Assembly (NCBI GenBank): GCA_951406725.2
Contig: OX597828.1
Coordinates: 35,464,001 to 35,528,000 of the forward strand
Direction: 5' to 3'
Origin: Octopus vulgaris
Taxonomy: Eukaryota
Length of the DNA: 64,000 bases
Below, piece after piece: positions 23,873 through 36,868 of the stretch. The translations under genes and the position numbers were made by a program. The notes beneath the pieces are model-generated. The model did not search any database and was not told the origin of the DNA. It saw nothing but the letters and a program-made list of their open reading frames with translations. Within the stretch, counting starts at the first letter, position 1. Each line of letters starts with the position of its first letter.

Positions 23873-24466
23873 GATATCTAATTAGAAATTAGAACATGTT
23901 GAAATTATAAGTGTAATTTATATGGCCATAGTCATGGACAAGGTTATGTGGTTAACCTTTTCACTGTGATTTGGTTTCAAATCTGCTACAAGACATTGCC
24001 TCATTAGTTCACTAATGATGGTCTGCATTTGTCAATGATTTAAACTAGATTTGGGCAACTGTTTGCAAGAAGTAGGCTACAGGAGACTTTGTTCATCATC
24101 AGGTGGGCTGCATTACAAAAAAATGTCAAGGTAATTTTTCACATTAGCATACCATTCAAAACTTTCGATGGACCACAGTCTGTCCATGTTTAATGGAAAG
24201 CAAAAGATAAATAAGAGAGTCATTAGATACATTTTTATCCATTTAATGAAATTAAGCACGGAATATTTGTAATTCAATAGGGTTAAATGACTATACACAT
24301 ACATACATACAGGCTTGGTGCTAAATATAAATAAATACATATATGTGTGTGTATGTATATATATATTGATAGATATACGTATATATATGTATGTGTATAT
24401 ATGTGTGTATGTGTCAGTGTGTGTGTGTGTATATGTATATATATGTATATATGTGTGTGTGTGTAA

Positions 24467-24505
<39 letters not shown>

Positions 24506-26340
24506 TTCAGTAAAATTTAGATTCAGATGAATATGGTACTTAAGTTAAAGGCACCAGAATTTAGTATGGTATTATCCATATAATTCAAAATGGGGTGATT
24601 ATAATCAAAATAATAATTTTTCTCATTAGCATTCCATTCAAAAATTTCGACAGACCACAGTCTGTTCATGTTTAATGGAAAGCAATCATTTAAATGGAGT
24701 TGCATGAAACGATCGTACAGCATTACCTCTGGATATCCTTGTTGCTTATTTTGATATATATATATATAATAGAAATATGTTACAAAAAGAAAATAGAAAC
24801 TACATGTGGAAATGTAAGGGGAAAGTAAGAAGAAAAATAAGCAAAAATGCACATTGGAAATAAAAAAAGTAACTGCATTTTATGAAAAGTAACAATAGAT
24901 ATATACAATTAGATGAGCTGAGGTAGGAAAAAAAATAATACAACTCATTATTGTGAATTGCTAAAGAGATTTAAAAGCATACCGGTTTCATGAATTTACC
25001 AATCATTGCTTTGAATGCACACCGATTAATGAATGGTGTCATGTCTACTAGTCCATGAGTAAAACGATTATGTGTAAGAAAGGTAAGAAGTCCTGGATTT
25101 AGTGCAATTAGGGTAGATATAGATCAGTAATGTGAACAGTGTATGGGATGTATGGGGGTTAGTGGTATTAATTGAAAGGTTAGTTGTGTTCTGTATTATG
25201 TTATGTGTTCATATTGAGTTGTGGAAGATATTTATTGATGAAATATATGTATATATATATATAGGTTTGGTAACAAATATTCTGTTTTTTTGCAGTCAAC
25301 TATTTGACTATGTTAGAAATCTTTAATTTGTAGTAATCATAATGACATTTGTTACTGTGAACGAAGCATATTTATTGAAAATAAATTTCCTTCCTGAAAG
25401 TTTCTTGCTTCCTGTCAATTTACATCTGAAAAATGAATTTCCTACTGTGAATAAGTGTACTTTTAGTTGTGAGGTCAATATTCTGATAAAACAAAAAAAA
25501 TATATAAATAAATAAATTTAAAAAAAAAAAAGATAAAAGTAATTTGCGTACACACGTATACAGACAATCACACACGTGCACATATTATCATATTCTACTA
25601 CTATTACAGTTACTCTTTGGGGAATTGAAATATACACAGAACTATGAAGAAATTATCAGCAAATACGTGCATTTTCATATTTATCTGGGCAATATTCCAA
25701 GGAAAAATGCTATGTAAGCAATTACACAGATAAAGAATCAGTACTAGAAATATTTTAATACTATCAGGAGCCTTCCTGCTCGCCGCCCACCACCACCACC
25801 TCTGTCCATTCCATAAACATAAATCCGATAGATCATCACAGAACTAATACGGAAACGGTCCCCTTAGTAGCTTTCTGATAAATGAAACAATTAATGCGAT
25901 GATGTTCCATTATTTACAGGTCTTTCGGTTTTATTTCTAATTATTCCCTGTCTTCACCATTCCCCCACACACACAGCCACCATCATCCACACTACGTCTG
26001 GGGTTTTATAAATCAAATATCATTAATTAAATCTATTATGTGCAATCATAATTTTTGTCTTGATGAAGAGGAATTTCAAGGTTAAAATGTGTACTTAAAA
26101 GACAACACATCCTATCAGAAAGATCAACTTTAACCCCAATTTTTTAATACCAAACCACCTGAGACTATTCTAGGTTCAAAGAATACAAATTTCCTCTTTT
26201 TTAAAGTGATCTAAATCAAAGCCATTCATCAAAGTTTCATGTTAATTTAGGCATCAAATTAGGGCAGAAAGCTGGCAGAGTCGTTAGCACATTGAGCAAT
26301 ATGCTTTGCAGCTTTTTTTCCAGCACTTTACATTCTAGAT

Positions 26341-26763
26341 GTAGGAGTGACTGTGTGGTAAGTAGCTTGCTTACGAACTACATTGTTCTGGGTTCAGTCC
26401 CACTGTGTGGCACCTTGGGCAAGTGTCTTCTACTATAGCCTCAGGCCGACCAAAGCCTTGTGAGGGGATTTGGTAGACGGAAACTGAAAGAAGCCCGTCG
26501 TGTATATATGTATATGTATACATGTATGTGTGTGTATATGTTTGTATGTCTGTGTTTGTCTTCCCCCCAACATCGTTTGACAACCGATGCTGGTGTGTTT
26601 ACGTCCCCGTAACTTAGCGCTTTGGCAAAAGAGACCGATAGAATAAGTACTAGGCTTACAAAGAATAAGTTCTGGGGTCAATTTGCTCGACTAAAGGTGG
26701 TGCTCCAGCATGGGCACAGTCACATGACTGAAACAAGTAAAAGAGTTAAAAGAGTAAAAGAGT
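26341..26763 (+). mobile_element. SINE family A, full length, inserted into a Nin-SINE head
   Basis: Complete head, internal microsatellite and (TAAAAGAG)n tail; preceded by GCTGGCAGAGTCGTTAGCAC of family B. Confidence 0.88.
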
Positions 26764-26859
26764 AACAGAAATATGGTAACGAAAGGATTAGAGATATTTG
26801 CATTCCAGGGCAAAGCTGGATTGTAACACCTTTACATGTTTTTTTTTATTCTTTTTTTT

Positions 26860-27068
26860 TTCTTTTTACTTGTTTTAGTCATTTGACTATGGCCATGCTG
26901 GAGCACCACCTTCAGTTGAGTAATTCAATTGAGGACTTATTTTTTATAAGCTTAGTACTTATTCTTTCGGTGTCTTTTGCCGAAACGCTAATTGCAGGGA
27001 CATAAACACACCAGCAGCAGTTGTCAAGTGATGTGGGGAGTGGTGTGACAAATACAGATACACACATA

Positions 27069-27131
<63 letters not shown>

Positions 27132-27463
27132 GATGGACTTCTTTCAGTTTCTGTCTACCAAATCCACAAGGCTATAGTAGAAGACACTTGCCCAAAGTGC
27201 CACGCAGTGGGACTAAACCCGGCACCATGTTGGTAAGCAAGCTACCCTAACCCTAACCCTAACCCAAAGACACACATATATATATTCACACACACATGAT
27301 GGGCTTCTTTCATTTTCCATCTATAGAATCCACTGACAAGCCTCTTTGGTCAGCCAGAGGGTATTGCAGAAAAAAATTTACCCAAGGTGCCATGTAGTGG
27401 GATTGAACCCAGAACCATATGGTTGGGAAGCAAACTTCTTACCACACAGCCATGCCTGTGCCT
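26860..27463 (-). mobile_element. Two SINE A segments joined by (CCCTAA)n
   Basis: SINE body 26860-27244, telomere-type repeat 27245-27265, second SINE head 27266-27463. Confidence 0.75.
27245..27265. repeat. Short interstitial telomere-type repeat (TTAGGG)3.5
   Basis: CCCTAACCCTAACCCTAACCC. Confidence 0.85.
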
Positions 27464-28902
27464 ATGAATGTATAATAAAGACATATATATATATATAATG
27501 TTATATTAATTTTATGTAGGAATTCCCTGAGGCATGAAATATATTTCAAGGATAGAACAAGAGGAAAATGATTAGGAAATGCTGACATAGGTGGATGGAT
27601 AATAGATGAATGGATGGAAGACTGGGTGGATGGATGGATGGATTGATGGATGGATGGATAGATGGATGAACAGATAGATGGATGGATGGGTGGCAGGATG
27701 GATTGATTGAGTATTCAATCAATTAATGGATGACTGAATGGATGTTTTTATTTGTCTGTGTATAGTAATTTGCGACACAATTCTATCTACAAGTCTTCAC
27801 AGCTAATTAATAGTAATTGACAGCTACATAAAGAAAACTGAAGAATCCAAAGATTAAAATGGGAGACTTGGAATGTTTTTCTTTTAAAGCCGGATAATTA
27901 AAAACTAAACAATGAAGTATTTGCTGACACACATAATTTAACAAGCAGGATAATTTTAATTAACCAGGACTATCTGTGTATCAAGGAGAGATAAACATAG
28001 CTGAACAAGAATTAATTGAGCCAAACAAAGGCAGGAGACACAAAAAAAAAAGAAGAAAAGGAAATGGAAGGAAAAGGGTTCTGTTGAATTTATTGAATTT
28101 TTCAGAGCCTTATTTATTTATCCTTGGAAATCAGCAATGTGATTAGAGGGGGATAATAATCTGATTGTTAGCAAACACGATAGCAACTTCAGGCATGCTT
28201 CATTATTAAAAATATTGGTTTCAAATTTTGGCAGAAGGGCAATAATTTTTTTTTTTTTGGTGGGTTAAGTTGATTGCATCAAACCCATTGCTTAACTGGT
28301 ACTTTTTTATCGACCCTGAAAGGGTGAAAGGTAAACAACCCTGGTGGAATTTGAACTCACAATGTAAATTTGGAAAAAATGTTGCTAAGCATTCTGTCCA
28401 TTGTGGTAATGATTCTGCCAGCTTCCTGCTTTTATTATTAGAAATATTGATTTCACATTTTGGCAATAGGCCAGCGATTGGTACTTATATTATCAACCCT
28501 GAAAGGGTGAAAGGCAAAGCCAACCCCAGTGGGAATTGAACTCAGAACACAGTAAAGACAGAAGACATGACACTAAGGTTTCTGTCCAGCGTGGTAACGA
28601 TTTTGCTACCTTTACCACCTTCATTATTAGAAATATTAACTGTTAGTCAGAGTTATCTTAAGGTATAGGCATACTAAGTACTTGACCAGGGGCTTCCTAG
28701 GTCTAGGGGCCCAATTCTGATCTATATATGCTGTGATTTGCTGTCAATAAACATATACTGTAGGGCCCGTGGCATGGATTTGCACCCCAAGAACTTATAA
28801 TGTTGCTAAGTCAGCCCTGTTGTTAGCATAAGATGCCTTCTTAACAATTACACATTTTTTCTAATAATTGTGGTCAAGTGGTCATTCTGTTTATTGTAAT
28901 TA

Positions 28903-29215
28903 AGGTATATGGCTTAGCGGTTAGAGTATTTGGCTCAAGATCGCAAGGTCCTGAGTTGGATGCCCAGAGACATGTTGTGTCCTTGAGCAAGACACTTTAT
29001 TTCACGTTGCTCCAGTCTGCTTTGCTGGCAAAAATGCGTTGTACGTGTAATTCAAAAGGGCCGGCCTTGTCACATTGAATCTCCCTGAGAACTACATTAA
29101 GGGTACACGTGTCTGTGGAGCACTCAGCCACTTGCATGTTAACTTTACAAGCAGTCTGTTCCATTGATCAAATCAACTGGAACATTTGTCATTTTAAGTG
29201 ACAGATTGCCAGTTG
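28903..29215 (+). mobile_element. tRNA-derived SINE (family C variant) with GTGTCCTTGAGCAAGACACTT core
   Basis: TGGCTTAGCGGTTAG A-box; 3' half shared with the SINE at 52610-52997. Confidence 0.75.
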
Positions 29216-29519
29216 TAGATACGATATAGTATCTTGGTTAAAAATTAGTGATGGCCACGTAAGTTGGATACTAAATTAGTGACAAAAATTATGTACAACA
29301 CTAAACAGCAAATCAATTAATAGGAATATATGTGAGCTGGGAGAATTGAGAGCACTCTACATTGAGAGCAGTATAGTATGGAAGGCAGCCAGTACTATAA
29401 TGACATGACAATGGGTGGACGCTGAAAGAATCCATGTTATGATCATCATTAACATCACTTAGATATCTCCATACATACCAAAGAGAAGCAAAACCTCTTC
29501 AAGGTCACTCAGTCTCTCT

Positions 29520-29916
29520 CTCTTTTACTCTTTTACTTGTTTCAGTCATTTGACTAGAGCCATACTGGAGCACCACCTTTAGTCGAGCAAACTGACCCCA
29601 GGACTTATTCTTTGTAAGCCTAGTACTTATTCTATCGGTATCTTTTGCCAAACTGCTAAGTTATGGAGATGTAAACACACCACCATCGGATGTCAAGCAA
29701 TGTTGGGGGGACAAACACAGACACACAAGCATATACACACACACGTACATATATATACGACAGGCTTCTTTCAGTTTCCATCTACCAAATCCACTTACAA
29801 CGATTTGGTCAGCTCGAGGCTATAGTAGAAGACACTTGCCCAAGGTGCCATGCAGTAGAACTGAACCCGGAACCATGTGGTTGGTTAGCAAGCTACTTAC
29901 CACACAGCCACTCCTG
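29520..29916 (-). mobile_element. SINE family A, full length
   Basis: Complete head, body and tail; splits an older repeat (CACTCAGTCT|GCTAAAAATAACAGCCAAAT). Confidence 0.88.
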
Positions 29917-30346
29917 CTAAAAATAACAGCCAAATTTCTCTCAAACTACATCTTACAATAGTTGGATATATTGGGTGCTGTCTGGCCATGGCTAATATAC
30001 TTTTTTATTATGGTTTTCTGCTCAGTCAAGGTTGACTTACATGTAAACAACAACAGCAATAATTGTTACAGTGAAGCTGGCTTAAGCTACAAGGTAAGAG
30101 CAGAAGCAAACAGAATGATAATCTGTGGACTATTAACCCCATTTGTACAAATGAAAGACATTTTTTTCCTTATTTACATCGCCATCTAAATAGATCTAAA
30201 TATTAATTCCTGAACTTTGGCAAAATACCATGAATTATTCTGGCTTAGCAGACTAAAACTTCAAAGTTACTGTCAGCAATATTGTTGCATTAGAACAATA
30301 AATATTTATCTCTCTATTCATCTATCTTTCTATCCATCCCTTCATC

Positions 30347-30390
<44 letters not shown>

Positions 30391-30701
30391 ATGAGTGTAG
30401 CTTGAATGACATATATTAATGATTCACAAATGTACAAAGGCCGTTAACTTCACTTAAACATTTATATGGTTTGTAATATGGTGTCGAAATTATCATTGCT
30501 CCAAACTGCGACCTGGTCACTGAGAACATTGTTGCACAGCAACCTATTACTAACAATAAATGTTTAAGTGAAGTTCACAGTCTTTGTGTGTTTCCAAGAG
30601 GCTAATATATATCTACCATACTGCAATCATTTTTAGTTCCAACACATGGTCTCAAATAAAGCCACTTACCAATTAAGTTATATCTTCATAATAGATATAT
30701 A

Positions 30702-30923
30702 AGGCGGTGAGCTGGTAGAAACGTTAGCATGCCGGGCGAAATGCTTAGCGGTATTTCGTCTGTTGTTGTGTTCCGAGTTCAAATTCCGCCGAGGTCGACT
30801 TTGCCTTTCATCCTTTCGGGGTCGATAAATTAAGTACCAGTTACGCACTGGTGTCGATGTAATCGACTTAATCCCTTTGTCTGTCCCCTCTGTGTTTAGC
30901 CCCTTGCGGGTAGTAAAGAAATA
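30702..30923 (+). mobile_element. Nin-domain SINE (family B), young full-length copy
   Basis: AGGCGGTGAGCTGGTAGAA head, GAGTTCAAATTCC B-box, GTCGACTTTGCCTTTCATCCTTTCGGGGTCGATAAATTAAGTACCAG Nin-type core. Confidence 0.85.
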
Positions 30924-31182
30924 TATATATATATATATGCACATACCGAGGATAGTTTTCAACTCTTCTTTTCAAAATACTCAATAAATATTAGCCTTGA
31001 TGATATATGAGCCATCAATGCTTTATGTAGAAAAATGTTCTGACTCACAACAGGAAAAGTCTTTAAAAGTATATTAAGTGAAGTCAAAGGGAAAGTGAAA
31101 GTAGAAATTTGATATTTTCTGACTTTGATTCACCATTCATTTTTATTAATAATTTTCATTTCTTTTATGATTTTTCTTTCAG

Positions 31183-31464
31183 ATACGCCAGGAAGTCCAA
31201 AGATCACATCTCAGAGCAGCTTACCGTGGATTGCAGGAGATGTGCAAACGCTTACATGTCATGCAAGACCTGGAAATCCTCCAGACACACAATATAAATG
31301 GCTCTCAGAATCGGGATATTTAATACACAAAGGAGAAACACTGACATTTGATCCAGTGACTCGCATGGAACACCGAATGACTGTAATATGTCAAGCTGAA
31401 AACAAATTATCTCACACAGTCATTGGACGTCCCAAGACAGCCTCCGTACGACTAGAGGTGAAAT
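31183..31464 (+). CDS. Internal coding exon encoding one immunoglobulin-like domain of a cell-adhesion protein (nephrin/SYG-2/Sidestep-like)
   Basis: Polypyrimidine acceptor TTTTTCTTTCAG|, donor AAAT|GTAAGT; 282 nt, phase 1-1; P.I....W.AG....LTC.A.PGNPP...Y.W...L.F..V...H...V.CQAEN...V.LEV Ig pattern with both cysteines and the core tryptophan. Confidence 0.9.
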
Positions 31465-31803
31465 GTAAGTAACACTACAATGGTTTCCCCTTATCGCTGG
31501 AGACTTTGGTCTTATATTGATTGTAATGTCCCACACACATATATGAGTGTGCCTGTGTATTTAAAAGTGTGAGTAAGTGTTTGTGTTTGTGGAGCGGGGA
31601 AGGGGCAGGGTACATTGCATGTATGGGTTACTGTGATCACTCATGTGTTGTTATGTAGACACTGGTATGTTTAAGTCTGGCTTGCAATACAATATACTGC
31701 CCTCTATTGCATTCTTTCTGTCTTTTTGTCTCTTTCTTTATATATGCATATACACACACACAAATATATATACATTGTGTGTGTGTACCTGTATGTTTAT
31801 ACA

Positions 31804-31852
<49 letters not shown>

Positions 31853-32084
31853 ATAAAACTGGTATTATTGTAGATATATGCATTTATGTATATATATATA
31901 TATATTTCAAAAATTTGCCAAAAACACAAATCGAAAATTTTACAAATCATAACAAGCAGAAAATTCGTAGCTTATTGCTCATCAGTCAATGTCCAAGAGA
32001 TCATTACAATTTCGCACCTTTAATGTTGCCATTGTTCACTTTTGGTTGTGCCAGTGGTGAAAAGCCACTAATATATATATATAT

Positions 32085-32252
32085 AAATTAGAAGTAAAAC
32101 ACCTTTTATCAATTCAATAATGAAAAATTAAATCATACCATCTAGAAAAATTACATCTTATAGAAAGATTAAATATATGATAAAACATAATTTTTCTAGA
32201 TGGTATAATTCAATTTTTCATTATTGAATTGATAAAAGGTGGTTCTGTTCTA

Positions 32253-32258
<6 letters not shown>
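32085..32258. repeat. Inverted repeat with ~70-bp arms between (TA)n tracts
   Basis: CACCTTTTATCAATTCAATAATGAAAAATT...ATACCATCTAGAAAAATTA / TAATTTTTCTAGATGGTAT...AATTTTTCATTATTGAATTGATAAAAGGTG. Confidence 0.9.
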
Positions 32259-32305
<47 letters not shown>

Positions 32306-32545
32306 TTGGTGAAATTTGATTTAGTATTTCTAAATTGAAATTTTCCCTGTAAGTTTGGAATAATATTCCCTCATATTATTATTATTATTATATATATGTA
32401 TATATACATATGTATATATTTATGTATACACATAATATGGAAATGAACTACTTCATTTGTATGGCAATAATGCTCATTTGTGATCGTTACATGATGTCTA
32501 GACAAAGGTGTACACATGCACAAACATGTGCACATACATGCACAT

Positions 32546-32587
<42 letters not shown>

Positions 32588-32746
32588 ACACACACATATT
32601 TCTCTGTGTGTGTGGGTACAGCCAGCTTCTTTAAATTTCCATCTCTCAAATCCACTCGGGAAGCTTTGGTCAGCCTGGGACTGAACTTAAGACCATGATC
32701 TTCTCAACTACACAACCACAACTTGTGCCTTATATACATTATGCAC

Positions 32747-32778
<32 letters not shown>

Positions 32779-33316
32779 CTGTGTGTGTGCGTGTGTGATG
32801 TTTATATCTGTATTTGTATGTGTGTATCTTCAGGTCAATATCTGACTTTGTGTGCTGGAATTTGATGGTCAGGTCGGTCTGCGGAATCTGCCAGACAACA
32901 AATCCTTATCTATTTTGTTTGTCTTGTTATTACATCATCTTGTCCTTGAGGCAGAATATCCTAAGATTTCTTCCCCTCCCCCCATCTTTGTTGATGTCTT
33001 TCTTCTCTTGTCAGTGAAGGATGCAAGGATGATTTCAACTTACCCTTGCTAGCAGATACAATAAGGGAGAAAGAGAGAGAGAGAGAGAGGGAGAGGGAGA
33101 GAGAGAGAGATCGATCAGAGAGAGGGGAGGGAAGAGGGAGGGTGTGTGAGAGAAAGAATGAAGTGAGAGAAAGAATGAATGTCTAAAGTGAGAGTAATAG
33201 AGAAACAGAGAAAGAGGAATAAAGAGAGGGAGAGAAACAGACTAAGAAATACAAAGAGAGAAAAAATGAAGGATGTAAAGGAGAAAGAGAGATAGAGCAA
33301 GAGAGAGAGACACAGA

Positions 33317-33347
<31 letters not shown>

Positions 33348-33899
33348 TGTGTGTGTGTATGTGTGTGTGTGTGCGTGTGTGTGTATGAAAATATAGAGGA
33401 AGGAAGAAAGAGCCAGAGTTGTAGAGAAAGAAGATAAGATTGAGAAGAAGAAAATGTGAGAAAGGGTGGGAAAAAGAGAGAGAGAAAGAGATTGGTAGTG
33501 GGATAGAACTAGAGTGAAAGAGAAAGAAATGATGAGAGAGAGAAAGGGGAAGAGTGAAAGGAAGAGGTATGCATGTAAATCCCTACATGTGCCCAGCTAT
33601 GCCTTAAACAAACTGTCATCTCACAAGAAGACCCTCTAAGATGCATAATTCTTATCCCAGTCTTCAGGACATTGTCAAACCATTTCATTGTCTAAGCTTG
33701 TTATGTAACATGTACTTGGACAGAGAAGGAAGCCCAACCCACTTTCTGTGTGGTTGCTCAGTCTGTCAGAAATAGTAAATAAATGTCCCTCACATCATGC
33801 TCTATACCAGTGGTTCCCAACGTTTTTGCAATGGTTCCCAACCCATTTATTTAAATGGGTTTTCCCTCCCACAGACCCCTTTTAATATACTTGATGCTA

Positions 33900-34185
33900 G
33901 TGCCCCCTAACTGACTGGCTTATGTGCTGGTGGCACGTAAAAAGCACCATCCAAACATGGTCAATGCCAGTGCCACCTGACTGGTTCCTGTGCCTGTAGC
34001 ATGTAAAAAGTAGCCACTACACTCTCAGAGTGGTTGGTGTTAGGAAGGGCATGCAGCTGTAGAAACCTTGCCAGATCATATTGGACCCTGGTGCAGCCTA
34101 CCGGCTTGCTAGTCCTCTATCAAACCGTCCAACCCATGACAGCATGGAAAGCAGATGTTAAACAATGATGCTGATGCTGATGATC
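33900..34185 (+). mobile_element. RTE LINE 3' fragment
   Basis: RTE 3' UTR units and terminal CCAACCCATG...GTTAAACAATGATG. Confidence 0.8.
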
Positions 34186-34368
34186 CTTATGTATATATAT
34201 ATATATATATATAAAACAAAGTTATTTTATTCCAAATGAGTAGGAATATAAGAAGAATAGAAGAATAGAGGTTGAAAATGCACTGAGAATAGTTTAAATA
34301 TTTTAATTAATATATACATATATACATATACATATATATATATATATATATGTGTGTGTATATATATA

Positions 34369-34600
34369 TATTTCTTTACTACCCACAACGGGCTAAACAT
34401 AGAGGAGACAAACAAGGACAGACAAAGGGATTAAGTCGATTACATCGGCCCCAGTGCGCAACTGGTACTTAATTTATCGACCCTGAAAGGATGAAAGGCA
34501 AAGTCGACCTCGGCAGAATTTGAACTCGGAACGTAACGACAGACGAAATACTGCTATGAATTTCGCTCAGCGTGCTAACGTTTCTACCAGCTCGCCGCCT
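34369..34600 (-). mobile_element. Nin-domain SINE (family B), young full-length copy
   Basis: Reverse complement is about 90% identical (counted by eye) to 30702-30923. Confidence 0.85.
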
Positions 34601-34975
34601 ATGTGTGTGTATATATATATATATGAAGGGCTGCTTTCAGTTTCCATCTACCAAATACACTCACAAGACCTCGGTCAGTGCAGGGCTGATGTGTTGCTCA
34701 GTGGTGCTGAACTTGAAACCAAAACTCTGTGACTGCAAAGCGAGCTTCTCAACCCACATGGCTTTGTCTCTGTTATGCTTATGGAAGAAAAAAAAATAAA
34801 CAAAGTCATGGCAGGAACATATTCAATCAAAAGCTGCAAGAGAGCTACAAGGGTGTTCCTGGGCAACAGCATCTACAATAACAACAGCCAAATACTGAGG
34901 CAACAGAACTTACCATATTTCTCTTCCTCCTCCTCCTCCTTCCTCTCTCCGTTTCTGTCTCTCTGTCTGTCTGTC

Positions 34976-35007
<32 letters not shown>

Positions 35008-35076
35008 ACTTTCTAAATGTTTGGCTTCAATGCTGTCTTTTTATGTTACTCTTATCGTCATCATCATCATCATCAT

Positions 35077-35129
<53 letters not shown>

Positions 35130-35136
35130 CTGTTTG

Positions 35137-35181
<45 letters not shown>

Positions 35182-35390
35182 TATGTGTGTGTGTGTGTGT
35201 GTGTGTGTGCTGAAGTCTCTGTTTACATAATTACCTATATAGCTAGTTAGCTATTGATTTCCTATCTATCTATCTATCTCCTCATCCATCCATCCATCCA
35301 TCCATCCATCCAGCCAGCCAGCCAGCCATCCATCCATCCCTCCGTCCATCAGTCAGTCTGTCTTTTCTTCATTTCCTCTCTATCTATCTA

Positions 35391-35434
<44 letters not shown>

Positions 35435-36449
35435 ACTGTCTTGTTATCACTCACTATAAACATATATATATGTATCTCTCCCTCTCCCCACTCTCTCTCC
35501 CTCTCTCTCACAAACATACTCTCTTTCTCTGATCACTTCCTATCACCTCTTCTGCTGGTATTTCCACCATATTTGTCACTTGCTCCAACATTATCCTTAC
35601 CACTACTACCACCACTACTATCATGTCCACCATCATTTCCCATCCTTATGACCACAACCAATACCATTACTACCACTGCAGCTGCTTATCAACTATCACC
35701 ACAACCATAAACATCAAACACCACTACAACCATCAACCACCACTGCCAACACTACCACCACTTCCACCACCATCATCACTACCTGCCCCCGCCATCACTA
35801 TAAATATAGCTGTGACTGCCACCACCCATCAACACCACCACCACCACCACTATTACTACAAATGCGATGGCCACCACTACCACCATCACCACCACTAATA
35901 CCAACACCACTTCCACTATCACTACCATCCCCATCTATACAATTACTACAGCTGTGACTACCACCACCGCCACCACCAACAACACCACCTCCACCACCAC
36001 CTACCATATTTTCTCCATCATTTCTATTTCCATTTCCTAAATTGATTTGCTGCAGTTCTTTCTTTCTTTCTTGTTTTTTCCTGTCTCCCCTCCCCCTCCC
36101 TCCACTGAACCTTATGTTGTTACCACGGTAACCAAGAATCAGTCCGTCCATTGTAGCTGCCGCTGTCATTACCATTCGTCCCTTATTTGTCAACATCACA
36201 TGTGCATTCCTTCTCCGATATTCCTTGAAATTCCTCGTTTCCATTTTTCCAATTGTCTGCCGGTACCTGATGCATTTTTGTGAAGGGCTTTTTCTGAAGA
36301 TTTGAAGGGTTTTCATTAGGTTTTTGTTTGGGTTAGGGTTTGGGGATTTCAGGGGATTTTAAGCAGCGCTCGGAAGAACTTTTAGGTTTTGTCCTTCCGA
36401 GTCTTTGAATATATTTTTAATGAGATTTCAGATCCATCAAGCTCTATTT

Positions 36450-36529
36450 TCATTATATCATTACTATTGTTATTATTATTATCATTATTATTATTATCAT
36501 TATTATAATTATTATTATTATTATTATTA

Positions 36530-36579
<50 letters not shown>

Positions 36580-36676
36580 GCTCTTATTATTATAATTTTT
36601 GTCGTTAGTATTATTATTGTTATCATCATCATTATTATTATTATTATTATTATAATTATTATTATTATTATTATTA

Positions 36677-36720
<44 letters not shown>

Positions 36721-36721
36721 G

Positions 36722-36765
<44 letters not shown>

Positions 36766-36814
36766 GCTCTTATTATTATAATTTTTGTCGTTAGTATTAT
36801 TATTGTTATCATCA

Positions 36815-36867
<53 letters not shown>

Positions 36868-36868
36868 T
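36450..36868. repeat. Long (ATT)n microsatellite with an internal ~186-bp duplication
   Basis: Interruption block GCTCTTATTATTATAATTTTTGTCGTTAGT occurs twice (~36580 and ~36766). Confidence 0.9.
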
